A DNA stretch of 64,000 nucleotides. It comes from Candidatus Latescibacterota bacterium (GTDB taxonomy: Bacteria > Latescibacterota > UBA2968 > GCA-2709665). Below the pieces are notes generated by a model. That model had not been told where the DNA came from and did not search any database. It saw only the letters and a list, made by a program, of their open reading frames with translations. The stretch spans positions 672,001 to 736,000 of the forward strand of contig OZ220733.1 of the NCBI GenBank assembly GCA_965116875.1, written 5' to 3'. Of this stretch, positions 51,254 to 62,016 are shown in pieces; the first letter of the stretch is position 1, and each line of letters opens with the position of its first letter. The position numbers and the translations under genes are program-made.

Positions 51254-54151
51254 TCACCTGAACAGTCCCGAGTATTTAAAGGTCAGTATGTAGTCCTGCG
51301 AACCCTGCTTTTTTGCCAGGGGTCGATTGTCGAAAATGTCCCACCCGAAGCCGATTAGAAACTGATCCTTGAAAAAGGAAACGGCCACACCCAGAGAAAT
51401 GGCCAGCGATTTTTCGGTTGAAAGGGCTTCAAGGATGTTGCCGATAACGGTCAGATGAATGCCGGAAATCGACGGGTTATCCACGTTGTGCCAGCCGGCA
51501 AACGCGAGTCCGGGCAGGCCAAGGAGGCGCTCGGTTCTGCCCCGGACGGTGTTGCCGTCGGCGTCTGTATAATCGCGACCGGGGCGAATGGTCAGAAAAG
51601 AAACCAGCGGCTTGGCCTCAAACTCCCACTTCCAGCCCCCGGCTTCCAGAATCTGCGACACGCTCTGAGGCGCCGCGCCCGGATAGCTTCGTGTTGAGAT
51701 TTTGAGTCGCACCCGGCGATTTTTTTCTTCCGACAGCAGCAGGTTGAGATCCTCGGCAATGACGCGCCCGCCGCTCGACTCGTAGATTCTGACCTTCTGC
51801 TCCTGGTTACTGCGATTGCCTCTGGGGGCGTAGTTTTCGTCCAGCCGGGTCCACGAAACGACGATCTCGCGACCGATCAGCGCTTGCCGTAGCGAATCGG
51901 GAATCGCAATGGACACATCGACCTTCGTGCCGTCTCGCTGCATAACCGGGACATTATCCCAACGAACGGCAAGGGGCTGGGTCTTCTCTCCGCGGGAGGC
52001 CAGAACCTCGACAATCTGTGCCAGGTCGATGTCTGCGAGCACCCCGTGCCCCTTGTATTCCAGCGGACGTGCGCGATCCTTGACGTCATTGCTGACCAGG
52101 AAAACACGCCCTCGCCGGTCACCCAGGGCATGCGGCGTAAAATAGAGCGTGAGGCGCGCCGACTCGCCTGCGGCCAGAGCGAATTTCGCCGGTGCGACGT
52201 GGGCTTCCTTGCTCTGGGGATGCGCCTCGACCTGCAGCACGGTATCGCCGACGTTGGTGGCCACGAGGGTCCTCTCCGCCTGCTCTCCCTGGATCGCATA
52301 GCCAAAATCAACGATGCCCGCCGGATTCAACTCGATTTCCGCTGCCGCGCCCTGGCCCTTGAGCAAGACGTCGAGCGACATGATCTCGTTCGCGCCCAGG
52401 CCTTCCAACCGTAAGGTTCCTGAAATCGCTCCGCGTGCCGACGGGCTGAAGGTCACGTCCAGCGGCAAGGTGCGCTGACTGTGGGCCGGCAGCAGGAACC
52501 TGTTGTCGGAGTCGATCGAGGTGTGGGCGCTGAATTCGTCGCTCGTCGAGCGAAACCGGTGAATCTCGAAATCGGCGTTGCCCACATTGGCTATTTCGAC
52601 GACTCGACTGGTGCTTTCGCCCACGGAAACGCGGCCGAAGTCTACGGTCGCCGGGCTGAGAGCGAAGAACCGGCCTACGCCCCGCAGATGCACGGTCTCA
52701 CGCACGGCTCCGGCCTCGACCTGGAGGGTGGCCTTGCGAGGACCGGATCCCCTGGGCGAGAAACTCAGCGCCACCTGCGCGCTGGCTCCCGGTTGAATGA
52801 GGACGGAGCGCTGCGCGAGATTGAATTCATCGCCCTCGTCCTCGACTACAGAGACCTGCACCGCGCCCGGCCGGCCACCCTTGTTCCACAATAGCAAATG
52901 GCCGCGCGTGGTCCCGCCAATCGGCACGCTGCCAAAGTCAACCTCGCCGTTGATAATCTCAATATGCGGCGGACTGATTCGGCCGCGGCCCGAAAGGGGG
53001 ATGGCGACGTCAGCAGCCTGCGGATCGTTGGTGTGAAGGCGCATGACTCCGCTTCGGTCACCTTCGTGCCGCGGCGCAAACGCTATATTCAGATCAAGTC
53101 GTCTCCCGGGAGCAATGGTTGCCGACGAGTCACCTTCACCGATGGCAAATGCCGCACCCTCGATGCCGACAATTTCAACTCGTAACTCGGCTCGGCCCTG
53201 GTTCAGGACGGACACCTGGCGCGTGAGGCGCCGACTCACTTCGACGGCGCCGAAATCGAGCCCTACCCGCGGGAGGGGAGAAAAAGCAGCCTCCGGCGCC
53301 AAACCGCTCCCCTGCAAGGGAATGGACCACTCCCCAAGGTCACGTGCGGTGACAACCAGTTCGGTTGAGACCGGCCCCGCGCGCGTTGGCGCAAACGCAA
53401 CGTCGATCCGCGTTTCACCGCCTGAAGGGGGCCATGGGCCGACGTCGCGCTCAATGCGAAAGGGACCCGTGAGGTCGGCAACTTCCATCTGACCCTCCGC
53501 CCCGGGCACGGTTCCGCTATTGCGGACGGTAACAACCGCCGTCGCCTCGTGCCCGACGGGCACCGCGCCAAAATCCAGCCCCCCGGCCGGCAAGAGCTCC
53601 AGGGACGGAACAACGGCTGTCGCCTGCAGCGGCACGGACAGGCGCCGGCCGATGAATAGCGCGGCAACCTGAACCGTCAGTTCGCCCGAATACTGCCCGG
53701 CCGCAGAGGCGCTGAAGCTCACTTCGACGCTGCCGACGCCCATGCCGCCCAGGCGCAGCGTATCCGATAACACCTTGAAGCCCTCGCCGCGAATGCCGAC
53801 GACCACCTCAATCGCGTCGTCCTGCAGGTTTTCTATCGAAACGGAAGCTCGTTTCTCGACGCCAACTCCGACGATACCCAGGTCGAGCGCGTTCGGGTCA
53901 GCGGCAAGGCGTTGCGCACGCAGAACCGCCGGCAGGCAAAGGAGGGCGATCAAGAGAATCAACGAAAGGCGAACAACCCGCCTGAATTTCGAACGCCATG
54001 GTTGTCGGACATTCACGTCGCAGAGGTGCGGAAGATCACGCCTGAGGAATCCTCTGCGCCGATCCGGTTGGCCCTGGTTTCGTCCATGCATACGTCCAAA
54101 ATACCCATTGTGAATTGTGGTGAAGATTGATTGCATTGTCCCGGCAATCAT
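51254..54151 (-). CDS. secreted protein with six ASH/choice-of-anchor-D Ig-like domains and a C-terminal beta-strand domain
   Basis: Six repeats of LDFG.V..G....V.N.G...L....F.P...G...G.L; signal-like LSLILLIALLCLPAVLRA; true start probably downstream of 54151. Confidence 0.85.
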   Translation of the reverse strand: MIAGTMQSIFTTIHNGYFGRMHGRNQGQPDRRRGFLRRDLPHLCDVNVRQPWRSKFRRVVRLSLILLIALLCLPAVLRAQRLAADPNALDLGIVGVGVEKRASVSIENLQDDAIEVVVGIRGEGFKVLSDTLRLGGMGVGSVEVSFSASAAGQYSGELTVQVAALFIGRRLSVPLQATAVVPSLELLPAGGLDFGAVPVGHEATAVVTVRNSGTVPGAEGQMEVADLTGPFRIERDVGPWPPSGGETRIDVAFAPTRAGPVSTELVVTARDLGEWSIPLQGSGLAPEAAFSPLPRVGLDFGAVEVSRRLTRQVSVLNQGRAELRVEIVGIEGAAFAIGEGDSSATIAPGRRLDLNIAFAPRHEGDRSGVMRLHTNDPQAADVAIPLSGRGRISPPHIEIINGEVDFGSVPIGGTTRGHLLLWNKGGRPGAVQVSVVEDEGDEFNLAQRSVLIQPGASAQVALSFSPRGSGPRKATLQVEAGAVRETVHLRGVGRFFALSPATVDFGRVSVGESTSRVVEIANVGNADFEIHRFRSTSDEFSAHTSIDSDNRFLLPAHSQRTLPLDVTFSPSARGAISGTLRLEGLGANEIMSLDVLLKGQGAAAEIELNPAGIVDFGYAIQGEQAERTLVATNVGDTVLQVEAHPQSKEAHVAPAKFALAAGESARLTLYFTPHALGDRRGRVFLVSNDVKDRARPLEYKGHGVLADIDLAQIVEVLASRGEKTQPLAVRWDNVPVMQRDGTKVDVSIAIPDSLRQALIGREIVVSWTRLDENYAPRGNRSNQEQKVRIYESSGGRVIAEDLNLLLSEEKNRRVRLKISTRSYPGAAPQSVSQILEAGGWKWEFEAKPLVSFLTIRPGRDYTDADGNTVRGRTERLLGLPGLAFAGWHNVDNPSISGIHLTVIGNILEALSTEKSLAISLGVAVSFFKDQFLIGFGWDIFDNRPLAKKQGSQDYILTFKYSGLFR

Positions 54152-54568
54152 CGGATCGCGGTTCGCACGGCAACCATCCGAACCGTTCCGGCCAACGAGG
54201 ACCTCCGCAGACCGCTATCCGGCAAGTTGACACAGACGTACGGGGCTATATGAATATACAGAAGTAATCGCGGGATTCAATCCCGATGTTGACCAGGGGT
54301 GGCACAGGGAGATTCACCCGGCGGTCGTCTGCCTCCGAAAAGGGTAGCGCCGTCGGGATGGCAGCATTGGAACGCGGCGGGGTCGTGCCTGTTTCGGACG
54401 CCGTCAGACAAACGCGCCTCGATCCTTGTTGCGATGGAAGATTCTTACCGGCCACTGGTCACCGGCTACTGGCTACTGGCCGCTGGTCCCTGGACATGTG
54501 CTCCAAAACGGAAGACGATACGGACGCGCACTCAAAAGCGTTTTTTTTTGGAATACGCAAACGTGTGC

Positions 54569-54615
54569 TTGACAACGGTTCCCGTTCGTATATATTGTTA
54601 TGTTATAACATAACA
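54569..54615 (+). promoter_or_regulatory. sigma70 promoter overlapped by a Zur-box-like palindrome
   Basis: TTGACA (54569), TATATT (54591), perfect palindrome TGTTATGTTA/TAACATAACA (54596-54615) containing TGTTATAACA. Confidence 0.8.
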
Positions 54616-54842
54616 CAATTTGATAAACGATGACGAACCGCTTTTCATGAAACGAACCGCAACCTGGCCTGTATCGACAGTATCAACATTACACCACGCC
54701 GGGCGCGATCGGCCCTGTGAGCTGCACGAAATCCTCGACCCGGGCGCAAATGAACCTCAGCCTCGGATTCCGCCTCGCCCGGCTTCAATAAGAGCGGTGG
54801 TGATGACCGCAGCATTCAGTTTGCCGAGAGGGTAACGATTCG

Positions 54843-55868
54843 GTGCGAGTGAGCTTTGACATAGCGGTGTTTCTCGTGTGGCTTTGTGCCGTCGCGTTCA
54901 CAGAGGATCTCCACGCGACAACGATGCTGCATGGCGATCCAATCGCGGCCGTACGGTCCACCGGTGGCGGTCACGCGGACACCAGTCAGACATCTTCGAT
55001 CTGGAATCAGGCTGGGACATGGGTCTGGGAGAAGCAGCGCGAATTCCTCGTGCAACTGACAACGGAATTGCGATCGCTGCAAGGCCAGGACGACGTCGGC
55101 TGGGCGCTGGTGCTGATGAGTTTTCTCTACGGTGTCTTGCATGCCGCGGGGCCCGGGCACGGGAAGGTCGTGTTGACGACCTATCTGTTGACCCACCGAA
55201 GCCGGCTGAATCGCGGTATCGCCATGGGCGCCACAGCCGCGCTCCTGCAGGGGGTAACGGCGCTGGTGCTGGTCTACGCCCCGATTGGCCTGGCAGGCTG
55301 GCTGCCGATGGAGACGGAAACGGCTTCATTGTGGGCTACGCGAGTCAGTTTCGCTCTGCTTGCGATGGTCGGAATCTTCCTGTTGGTACGCGCGGCAGGC
55401 GCCCTGTTGGAAAGCGTTCGCAGGTTGCGGCGCGAAACCGGCGAGGTCCGCCACGACCATGCCGATCATGTACACGGGGCGGATGGCGGTTGCCGGCATC
55501 TGCCCAGCGTTGCCGAGATTGATGCTGCCGGCAGCCGGCATGCGGCGGCAGGCGTTGTTTTGGCCATTGGACTGCGCCCTTGCAGCGGCGCCGTGTTGGT
55601 GCTCGTCCTCGCCGCCGTGATGGGGTTGAATTGGCATGGTGCGCTTTCCGTGTTTGCCATGTCCGCAGGTACCGCGATCACCGTTGTTGTCCTGGCCATG
55701 ATTGCGACGAGGGCGCGAGACTGGGCGAGTGCGGTGGTCGCTCAACGGTCGCCGCTGTGGACGCTGGCGGCCGGTGGCGTAGGCGCGCTTGGCGGCGCCT
55801 TCCTGGTACTCCTGGCGTTGTGGTTGCTGAACGCGTCGTTTGCATTGAAACCGCCAATGGTTTTGTAA
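54843..55868 (+). CDS. RcnA/NicO-like nickel/cobalt transporter
   Basis: SFLYGVLHAAGPGHGK, His-rich loop, GLRPCSGA, AMSAGTAIT. Confidence 0.88.
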   Translation: MRVSFDIAVFLVWLCAVAFTEDLHATTMLHGDPIAAVRSTGGGHADTSQTSSIWNQAGTWVWEKQREFLVQLTTELRSLQGQDDVGWALVLMSFLYGVLHAAGPGHGKVVLTTYLLTHRSRLNRGIAMGATAALLQGVTALVLVYAPIGLAGWLPMETETASLWATRVSFALLAMVGIFLLVRAAGALLESVRRLRRETGEVRHDHADHVHGADGGCRHLPSVAEIDAAGSRHAAAGVVLAIGLRPCSGAVLVLVLAAVMGLNWHGALSVFAMSAGTAITVVVLAMIATRARDWASAVVAQRSPLWTLAAGGVGALGGAFLVLLALWLLNASFALKPPMVL

Positions 55869-56024
55869 ACGGTGGGCATTGGCCTGGTTGTTCGCACGAG
55901 TCGTTTTAAGGATGATTCGGATGAAGCCACCATTCTCTCCCCTTCGTGCCGGTATCGGAGCGCGCTTCGGGCTTGCTTGCGCTGCCACAGGTCTGTTGTG
56001 GTTCGCGGTTGTCTGGGCCCTGCT

Positions 56025-56774
56025 ATGAGCGCGCCCACGGACGGTACGATCCTGCACTTCGATAACCTGACCCTCGGATACGACCGCCACCCCGCGGTCC
56101 TTCATCTCGACTACGCCATCCGCACCGGCGCCCTGGTCGCCGTTGTGGGACCGAACGGCGCCGGAAAGTCGACGCTTCTCAAAGGGACCATCGGCAGCCT
56201 CGCGCCTCTCGAAGGCGAGATCCGGTTGACGGGGATCAGAGCATCGGAAATCGCGTACCTCCCTCAACAGTCAGATATCGACCGCAGCTTCCCAATCTCA
56301 GTTTTCGACATGGTGGCCATGGGATTGTGGCGAAAGCTGGGCGCTTTCCGTCGATTCGGGCGTGAGGGAATCCGAAAGGTGGGCGAGGTCCTGGATATCG
56401 TGGGGCTGGGTGGATTCGAGAAGCGCCCTATCGGCACGCTCTCCGGCGGGCAGATGCAACGTTCCCTGTTCGCCCGCCTGCTCCTCCAGGACGCGCGCCT
56501 GATTCTTCTGGACGAGCCATTCACGGCCATCGATTCGGCGACGGTGCGCGATCTGAAGCGACTCATTCATCGCTGGCACGGGGAGCTGCGGACGGTCGTC
56601 GCCGTCCTGCACGACCTGGATCAGGTTCGGACGGATTTTCCCGAGACCCTTCTGCTGGCCCGCGAGCAGGTCGCCGCGGGGCCAACCGAGAACGTCCTTT
56701 CTCCCTCGAATCTCAATCGAGCGCGCCGGCTTACCGAGGACATGAACGAAGGGGCGGCCGTATGTGGGAGATGA
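56025..56774 (+). CDS. znuC: Zn/Mn ABC transporter ATPase
   Basis: GPNGAGKST, YLPQ, LSGGQ, LLDEPF, VLHDL. Confidence 0.88.
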   Translation: MSAPTDGTILHFDNLTLGYDRHPAVLHLDYAIRTGALVAVVGPNGAGKSTLLKGTIGSLAPLEGEIRLTGIRASEIAYLPQQSDIDRSFPISVFDMVAMGLWRKLGAFRRFGREGIRKVGEVLDIVGLGGFEKRPIGTLSGGQMQRSLFARLLLQDARLILLDEPFTAIDSATVRDLKRLIHRWHGELRTVVAVLHDLDQVRTDFPETLLLAREQVAAGPTENVLSPSNLNRARRLTEDMNEGAAVCGR

Positions 56775-56811
56775 ACGCCATCGCCTTGTCCATTCCGGCA
56801 AAGGGCACGTG

Positions 56812-57678
56812 ATGTACGACGCCGTCATCGCCCCCTTCGTTGAATTCGGCTTCATGCGTCGGGCTCTGGTCGGGTGCCTTGCTCTTTCGCTGGGGGCGAC
56901 ACCCATCGGGGTGTTCCTGACCTTGCGTCGGATGAGTCTCGCCGGGGATGCCATCGCCCATGCAATTCTTCCTGGCGCCGCGCTCGGGTACCTCGTGGCA
57001 GGGCTGTCGCTCGGCGCCATGACACTGGGCGGGGTCATCGCGGGAGTTGCTGTGGCTATGCTCTCCGGACTGGCAGCCCGAACCACCGTGGCCCGCGAGG
57101 ATTCCAGCCTGGCCGCCTTCTATCTGATATCCCTCGCCGTCGGGGTGGTGATCGTCTCGACGCGCGGAAGCAATGTCGACCTGCTGCACATCCTGTTCGG
57201 CACGGTGCTCGCCTTGAACGATACGGCCATATTCCTGGTCTCGGGAATCGCCACGGTCACCCTGTTCGGGCTTGCCGTCATCTACCGACCATTGGTGATG
57301 GAATGTTTCGACCCGGGCTTTCTCCGATCGGTCAGTCCGTTGAGTCCGGTGGCCCATTACAGCTTCCTCGTCCTGACGGTCCTCAATCTGGTGGGCGGGT
57401 TTCATGCCCTGGGGACCCTGATGGCGGTGGGCGTCATGATCCTTCCCGCCGCCGCCGCCCGGTTCTGGACGCGCGACGTCACGCCGCTGGTGGTCATCGG
57501 TGTGATTGCGGCTTTTCTGGGTGGGTTTTTCGGCCTGTTGTTGTCCTATCACGCCAGTCTGCCGTCCGGCCCCGCCATCATCCTCACGGCGGGAGCGTTC
57601 TATCTGTTCTCGTTGTCCTTCGGGTCTGACGGCGTCATCATGACGCGCCTCAGGCCGCGGCGTCATCCGCATGCATGA
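56812..57678 (+). CDS. znuB: Zn/Mn ABC transporter permease
   Basis: RRMSLAGDAIAHAILPG, EDSSLA, DLLHILFG, FDP, PSGPAI. Confidence 0.88.
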   Translation: MYDAVIAPFVEFGFMRRALVGCLALSLGATPIGVFLTLRRMSLAGDAIAHAILPGAALGYLVAGLSLGAMTLGGVIAGVAVAMLSGLAARTTVAREDSSLAAFYLISLAVGVVIVSTRGSNVDLLHILFGTVLALNDTAIFLVSGIATVTLFGLAVIYRPLVMECFDPGFLRSVSPLSPVAHYSFLVLTVLNLVGGFHALGTLMAVGVMILPAAAARFWTRDVTPLVVIGVIAAFLGGFFGLLLSYHASLPSGPAIILTAGAFYLFSLSFGSDGVIMTRLRPRRHPHA

Positions 57679-57705
57679 ACCCAATACGGAACCATGTGTA
57701 TGCCC

Positions 57706-58722
57706 ATGATATCGAGGCCATCTATCCTGTTTTCAGTCATCATCGCCGGTTGGGTCGCCGTGTCAGGGTCGGGGGCCGTCGGTGCCGACGCCCCCATCGA
57801 CGTTGTCGCATCGTTCAGCATCCTGGGTGATATGGTCCGGCAGGTAGGCGGTGATCGGGTGCACGTCACCACCCTCGTCGGCCCCGACAGTGATGCGCAC
57901 GTCTATCGGCCGACTCCGGCGGACGCCCGGGCCGTCGCCGGGGCCAGGCTGCTGGTCGTCAATGGATTGGGCTTTGAAGGCTGGATAGACCGTCTCACGG
58001 AGGCATCCGGCTACAAAGGTCCGGTGGTGACGGCGACAACCGGCGTCGAACCCCGCATGATAGCGGATCGCGACCGCGGCGAGATCGATCCCCATGCCTG
58101 GCAGTGTCTCGCCAATGCCCGGATCTACGTCCGCAACATCGCCGAAGGATTGGCTGCGATCGACCTGGCGGGGGCCGAAATCTATCGCGGCAACACGGCG
58201 CGCTACATGGAGGAAATCGACGCGGTCGAGGCGCAGGTTCGCAAGGCAATCGATTCGCTGCCGGTCGGACGGCGCAAGGTGGTCACGTCCCATGACGCTT
58301 TCGGCTACCTGTCGGCAGCCTACGGGATCGAGTTCCATGCGCCGGTGGGGTTCAGCACCGAAGCGGAGGCCTCTGCGGGTGACGTCGCCAGGCTGATTCG
58401 TCAGATCAACAGGGAAAAGATTCCGGCCGTCTTCGTCGAAAACATCTCCGACCGCCGCCTGCTCGACCAGATCGTCCGGGAAACCGGCGCGCAGATCGGC
58501 GGGACACTCTATTCCGACGCTCTGTCGAATTCGGACGGGCCGGCGGGTACCCACCTTGACATGATGCTACACAACATACTGACGTTGGTTTCCGCCCTCG
58601 GCGTTTGTTCGGGTGTGTTGACAGGGGGTGTCTCTCCGGTCCGCAGCGTTGACGAAAATCCTCGATCGCCGCCGTGCGCAACCGGCCGCCACGAGAGTTG
58701 CGTGGAGAGGAGAAAACCATGA
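57706..58722 (+). CDS. znuA: Zn/Mn ABC transporter solute-binding protein
   Basis: VVASFSIL, DAHVY.PTP, NGLGFEGW, DPHAW, SHDAFGY, LYSDALS; extended C-terminal tail. Confidence 0.88.
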   Translation: MISRPSILFSVIIAGWVAVSGSGAVGADAPIDVVASFSILGDMVRQVGGDRVHVTTLVGPDSDAHVYRPTPADARAVAGARLLVVNGLGFEGWIDRLTEASGYKGPVVTATTGVEPRMIADRDRGEIDPHAWQCLANARIYVRNIAEGLAAIDLAGAEIYRGNTARYMEEIDAVEAQVRKAIDSLPVGRRKVVTSHDAFGYLSAAYGIEFHAPVGFSTEAEASAGDVARLIRQINREKIPAVFVENISDRRLLDQIVRETGAQIGGTLYSDALSNSDGPAGTHLDMMLHNILTLVSALGVCSGVLTGGVSPVRSVDENPRSPPCATGRHESCVERRKP

Positions 58723-59180
58723 ACGACAAAGCGCTTTCCCGGATTCTGGATCGAGCCGAGGCCCTGTGCCACGAGCGCGGCCTGCGGCTGAGCAAACAAC
58801 GCAAGGCAGTCCTTCATCTGCTGTGCGTATCGGACAAACCGCTCAGTGCTTACGTGTTATTGGAGCGCATGCGCGGCTTTGTCAGGAATCCCGCACCACC
58901 GACGGTCTACCGTGCGTTGAACTTCCTGCTCGAGCAGGGTCTGGCGCACAAGCTCGAAAGCCTCAGCGCATACGTGGGCTGCGCTCATCCGGATCATCCG
59001 CACGTCAGCCAGTTCCTGATCTGCGATGACTGCGGCGAAGTGGACGAGGTTGAAGACCTCGATTTGGCAAGAAGCCTGAAAGCGGCAGGCAAGGAGATTG
59101 GATTCCGTACCAAGCGGCAGATCGTCGAACTGCTGGGAACCTGTGCGCAGTGCATCGCGGAAAGACCTGGTTCCGCCTGA
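58719..59180 (+). CDS. zur: Fur-family regulator, Zur type
   Basis: PLSAY, PPTVYRALNFL, HKLES, FLICDDCG, GTCAQC. Confidence 0.9.
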   Translation: MNDKALSRILDRAEALCHERGLRLSKQRKAVLHLLCVSDKPLSAYVLLERMRGFVRNPAPPTVYRALNFLLEQGLAHKLESLSAYVGCAHPDHPHVSQFLICDDCGEVDEVEDLDLARSLKAAGKEIGFRTKRQIVELLGTCAQCIAERPGSA

Positions 59181-59224
59181 GTCGAATCCGCATCGACCAC
59201 ACGGCGGAGGGCAGAAGAGAGATC

Positions 59225-59533
59225 ATGTTGATCAACACATCATCACGCCGCCCGAGCGGCGAACGGGCTCGCCTTATCAAAAACGCATTGCGCGAAGCGC
59301 TTAACCTTTCCGATGACACGACGATTTCGGTCACCGAATTGGCATGCCTCGAAGAAGGCTGTGCGCCCGTCGAAACCGTGTTCGCCCTGCTTCGGCGCAA
59401 TGCCCCACCGTTACAATACAAGCTTCACAAACCCACGGACGCCGTTGACGCCGCAGACCTGATCCAGGTCTGCGCGGCGTGGGGATTCGACGTCCAGGCT
59501 CCATACCTTGAACCTCTGCTCCGGGAGGACTAG
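59225..59533 (+). CDS. small conserved hypothetical protein with CxxxGCxPxET motif
   Basis: ISVTELACLEEGCAPVETV; abuts the GTPase start. Confidence 0.7.
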   Translation: MLINTSSRRPSGERARLIKNALREALNLSDDTTISVTELACLEEGCAPVETVFALLRRNAPPLQYKLHKPTDAVDAADLIQVCAAWGFDVQAPYLEPLLRED

Positions 59534-60973
59534 ATGAACACGCCGAATTTGGGAATGACACTTCGAAGAGTACCCGTAACGATCCTTACCGGCTTCCTCG
59601 GCTCCGGCAAGACGACCCTGCTCAACCGGATTCTGAGCGAGGAACACGGCAAGCGCATTGCCGTGATCGAGAACGAATACGGGGAGGTCGGCATCGATCA
59701 GGGACTCGTCATCAACGCGGACGAGGAGATCTTCGAGATGTCGAACGGTTGCATCTGCTGCACGGTGCGCGGAGACCTGATTCGTGTACTCGGCAATCTC
59801 ATGAAGCGCCGAGACAAATTCGACTATGTGCTGGTGGAAACCACAGGACTCGCGGACCCCGGTCCGGTCGCTCAGACCTTTTTCATGGACGACGAGATTC
59901 GCGCGGAATTCTCGCTCGACGGGATCGTCACGCTCGTCGATGCAGCCCACGTCGAGCAGCAAATCGGCCGGAGCGACGAAAGCACGGAGCAAATCGCGTT
60001 CGCGGACGTCCTCGTTCTCAACAAGACGGACCTCGTCAACGACGAGGCGCTCGACATGCTCGAAGCCCGGCTGCGTGAAATGAATCAAATGGCGCGAGTC
60101 GTGCGCAGCGAGCGGGCGAAGGTCTCCCTCGATACCGTACTCAATCTGAACGCCTTCGACCTGGACCAGGCGCTCGAGCGTCGACCCACCTTCCTCGAAC
60201 CCGAGTACCCCTTCGAATGGACGGGAGTCTATTCGCTCGATACCGGCCGTTACGAACTCAGCCTCGCCGATGGACCTGATCCAACGATGTCTCTCGTCGT
60301 CGCGCCCGACCAGGGCACGAATGACGCCGCCCTTCGTGAGGGTGCGGAGTGGTGTGTACGGCGGTACGGCGAACCCGCGGAGCCCATTCGCCCGGGAGAC
60401 GAGATTCCTTTGGGAAGGCATGTGAACCTTCGGCTCAATTCTCCAGGGCGAAAGTCGTTCTTCCTGGAGGTCGATACCCGGGCGCGGGTTGGCTTCTACG
60501 CCCAGCACATCGCGGAGGAGTTCGATCTCCAACTGAAGTACGCGGATGGAGCGACAATCAGCCCGGAGGATGGTCCGCACTCCGGGATTGCCTCCTCAGA
60601 GAACGGCGCCAAGCACGTCCAGGGAGCGGTTGTTCCCGTCGAGGTCGAGCGGACGTGGGTCGCACAGCACGAACACGATGACGAGGTGGGCTCGATCGCG
60701 ATCGAGAGGAACGGGGACGTCGATCTTGAAAGGCTCAACGACTGGCTTGGCAGACTGCTCGCCGAGCGCGGGGTTGACATCTTCCGAATGAAAGGCTTTA
60801 TCAGCCTCGCAGGCGAGTCGCGTCGCTTCGTCTTTCAGGGGGTTCACATGCTCTTTGACGGCCAACCGGACCAGCCGTGGGGCGACACGCTGCGGCGCAA
60901 TCAACTCGTCTTCATCGGCCGCAACCTCGACGAGCAGAGCATGCGCCATGGGTTTGACGCATGTCTGGTTTGA
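59534..60973 (+). CDS. COG0523/CobW-family metallochaperone GTPase
   Basis: TGFLGSGKTT, ENEYGE, GCICC, ETTGLADP, NKTD, FRMKG, QGVH, LVFIGRNLD. Confidence 0.94.
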   Translation: MNTPNLGMTLRRVPVTILTGFLGSGKTTLLNRILSEEHGKRIAVIENEYGEVGIDQGLVINADEEIFEMSNGCICCTVRGDLIRVLGNLMKRRDKFDYVLVETTGLADPGPVAQTFFMDDEIRAEFSLDGIVTLVDAAHVEQQIGRSDESTEQIAFADVLVLNKTDLVNDEALDMLEARLREMNQMARVVRSERAKVSLDTVLNLNAFDLDQALERRPTFLEPEYPFEWTGVYSLDTGRYELSLADGPDPTMSLVVAPDQGTNDAALREGAEWCVRRYGEPAEPIRPGDEIPLGRHVNLRLNSPGRKSFFLEVDTRARVGFYAQHIAEEFDLQLKYADGATISPEDGPHSGIASSENGAKHVQGAVVPVEVERTWVAQHEHDDEVGSIAIERNGDVDLERLNDWLGRLLAERGVDIFRMKGFISLAGESRRFVFQGVHMLFDGQPDQPWGDTLRRNQLVFIGRNLDEQSMRHGFDACLV

Positions 60974-62007
60974 ACGTCGGCAGTTCGAGGGGTGCGCTTC
61001 GCCGGGGCTGGTCTGCGGCGGTTGGCGACTACGCCATCGCCGGGGGCTGGTGCCCGCGTGGTGAGGCGCTGATCGTTGGCGATGCCGCAGGCGGCGTCTA
61101 CGCATTCGACGGCAAGTCCGGCGCGACCGCATGGGAGCGGCGCGGGATTCATGAAGGCGGTGTACTCGCGGTGGCGATCCAGCCTGACGGAACCGCGTTC
61201 GCTTCGGCCGGCCAGGACAGCCGGGTCTTGATCTGGAGCTCCGACGAAGGCCGGGTATGCCGGACGATCGACGTTGGAAGCGGTTGGGTAGAAAACCTGG
61301 CGTGGTCGCCGGACGGCCGATGGCTGGCGGTTTCCTGCTCCCGGCAGGTTCGTGCGTTTGGTACGGACGGCGAGGAGGTTTGGCGATCTGACGATCATCC
61401 CAGCACCGTCAGCGCGATCGACTGGTCGAGCGCAGGAGAGCTGGCGACGGCCTGTTACGGTCGCGTCACGTTCTTCGGTGCGTCCACCGGAGAGATTCGG
61501 CAGAAGCTGGAGTGGCAGGGATCCTTGGTGTCTATGGTTCTGAGCCCGGACGCGGGTATCGTGGTCTGCGGCAGCCAGGACAACTCGGTACACTTCTGGC
61601 GTCGCTCCACGGAGCAGGATTCCGCGATGTCAGGGTATCCTGCCAAGCCGTCGGCCCTGGCTTTCGATGACACCGGCACCTTCCTGGCCACGGGCGGGGG
61701 GGAGGCGGTGACCGTGTGGAACTTCGCGGGAAGGGGTCCTGAAGACTCGCGGCCCGGCGTCCTGGAGTTTCATGTTCAACCCGTAACGACACTCGCCTTC
61801 GCTCCGCGCGCAATGCGCCTGGCATCGGGAGGCCGCGATGGCGCCGTGGTTGTGTGGTCGATTCAGAAAGATGGAGGAGGCGATCCGATTGGGATCGCGG
61901 CTGTGGCGGGCGCAGTGGCCGATTTGTACTGGCGGCCGGACGGTCGCGCCCTCGCCGCGCTCGACGCACAGGGTGGCGTGACGGTTTGGCGAGTGAGCAA
62001 CGCGTAA
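60961..62007 (+). CDS. WD40-repeat protein
   Basis: ASAGQD..V.IW, LAWSPDG, GSQDNSVHFW, ASGGRDG.V.VW. Confidence 0.9.
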   Translation: MSGLNVGSSRGALRRGWSAAVGDYAIAGGWCPRGEALIVGDAAGGVYAFDGKSGATAWERRGIHEGGVLAVAIQPDGTAFASAGQDSRVLIWSSDEGRVCRTIDVGSGWVENLAWSPDGRWLAVSCSRQVRAFGTDGEEVWRSDDHPSTVSAIDWSSAGELATACYGRVTFFGASTGEIRQKLEWQGSLVSMVLSPDAGIVVCGSQDNSVHFWRRSTEQDSAMSGYPAKPSALAFDDTGTFLATGGGEAVTVWNFAGRGPEDSRPGVLEFHVQPVTTLAFAPRAMRLASGGRDGAVVVWSIQKDGGGDPIGIAAVAGAVADLYWRPDGRALAALDAQGGVTVWRVSNA

Positions 62008-62016
62008 GGCGCGCCA

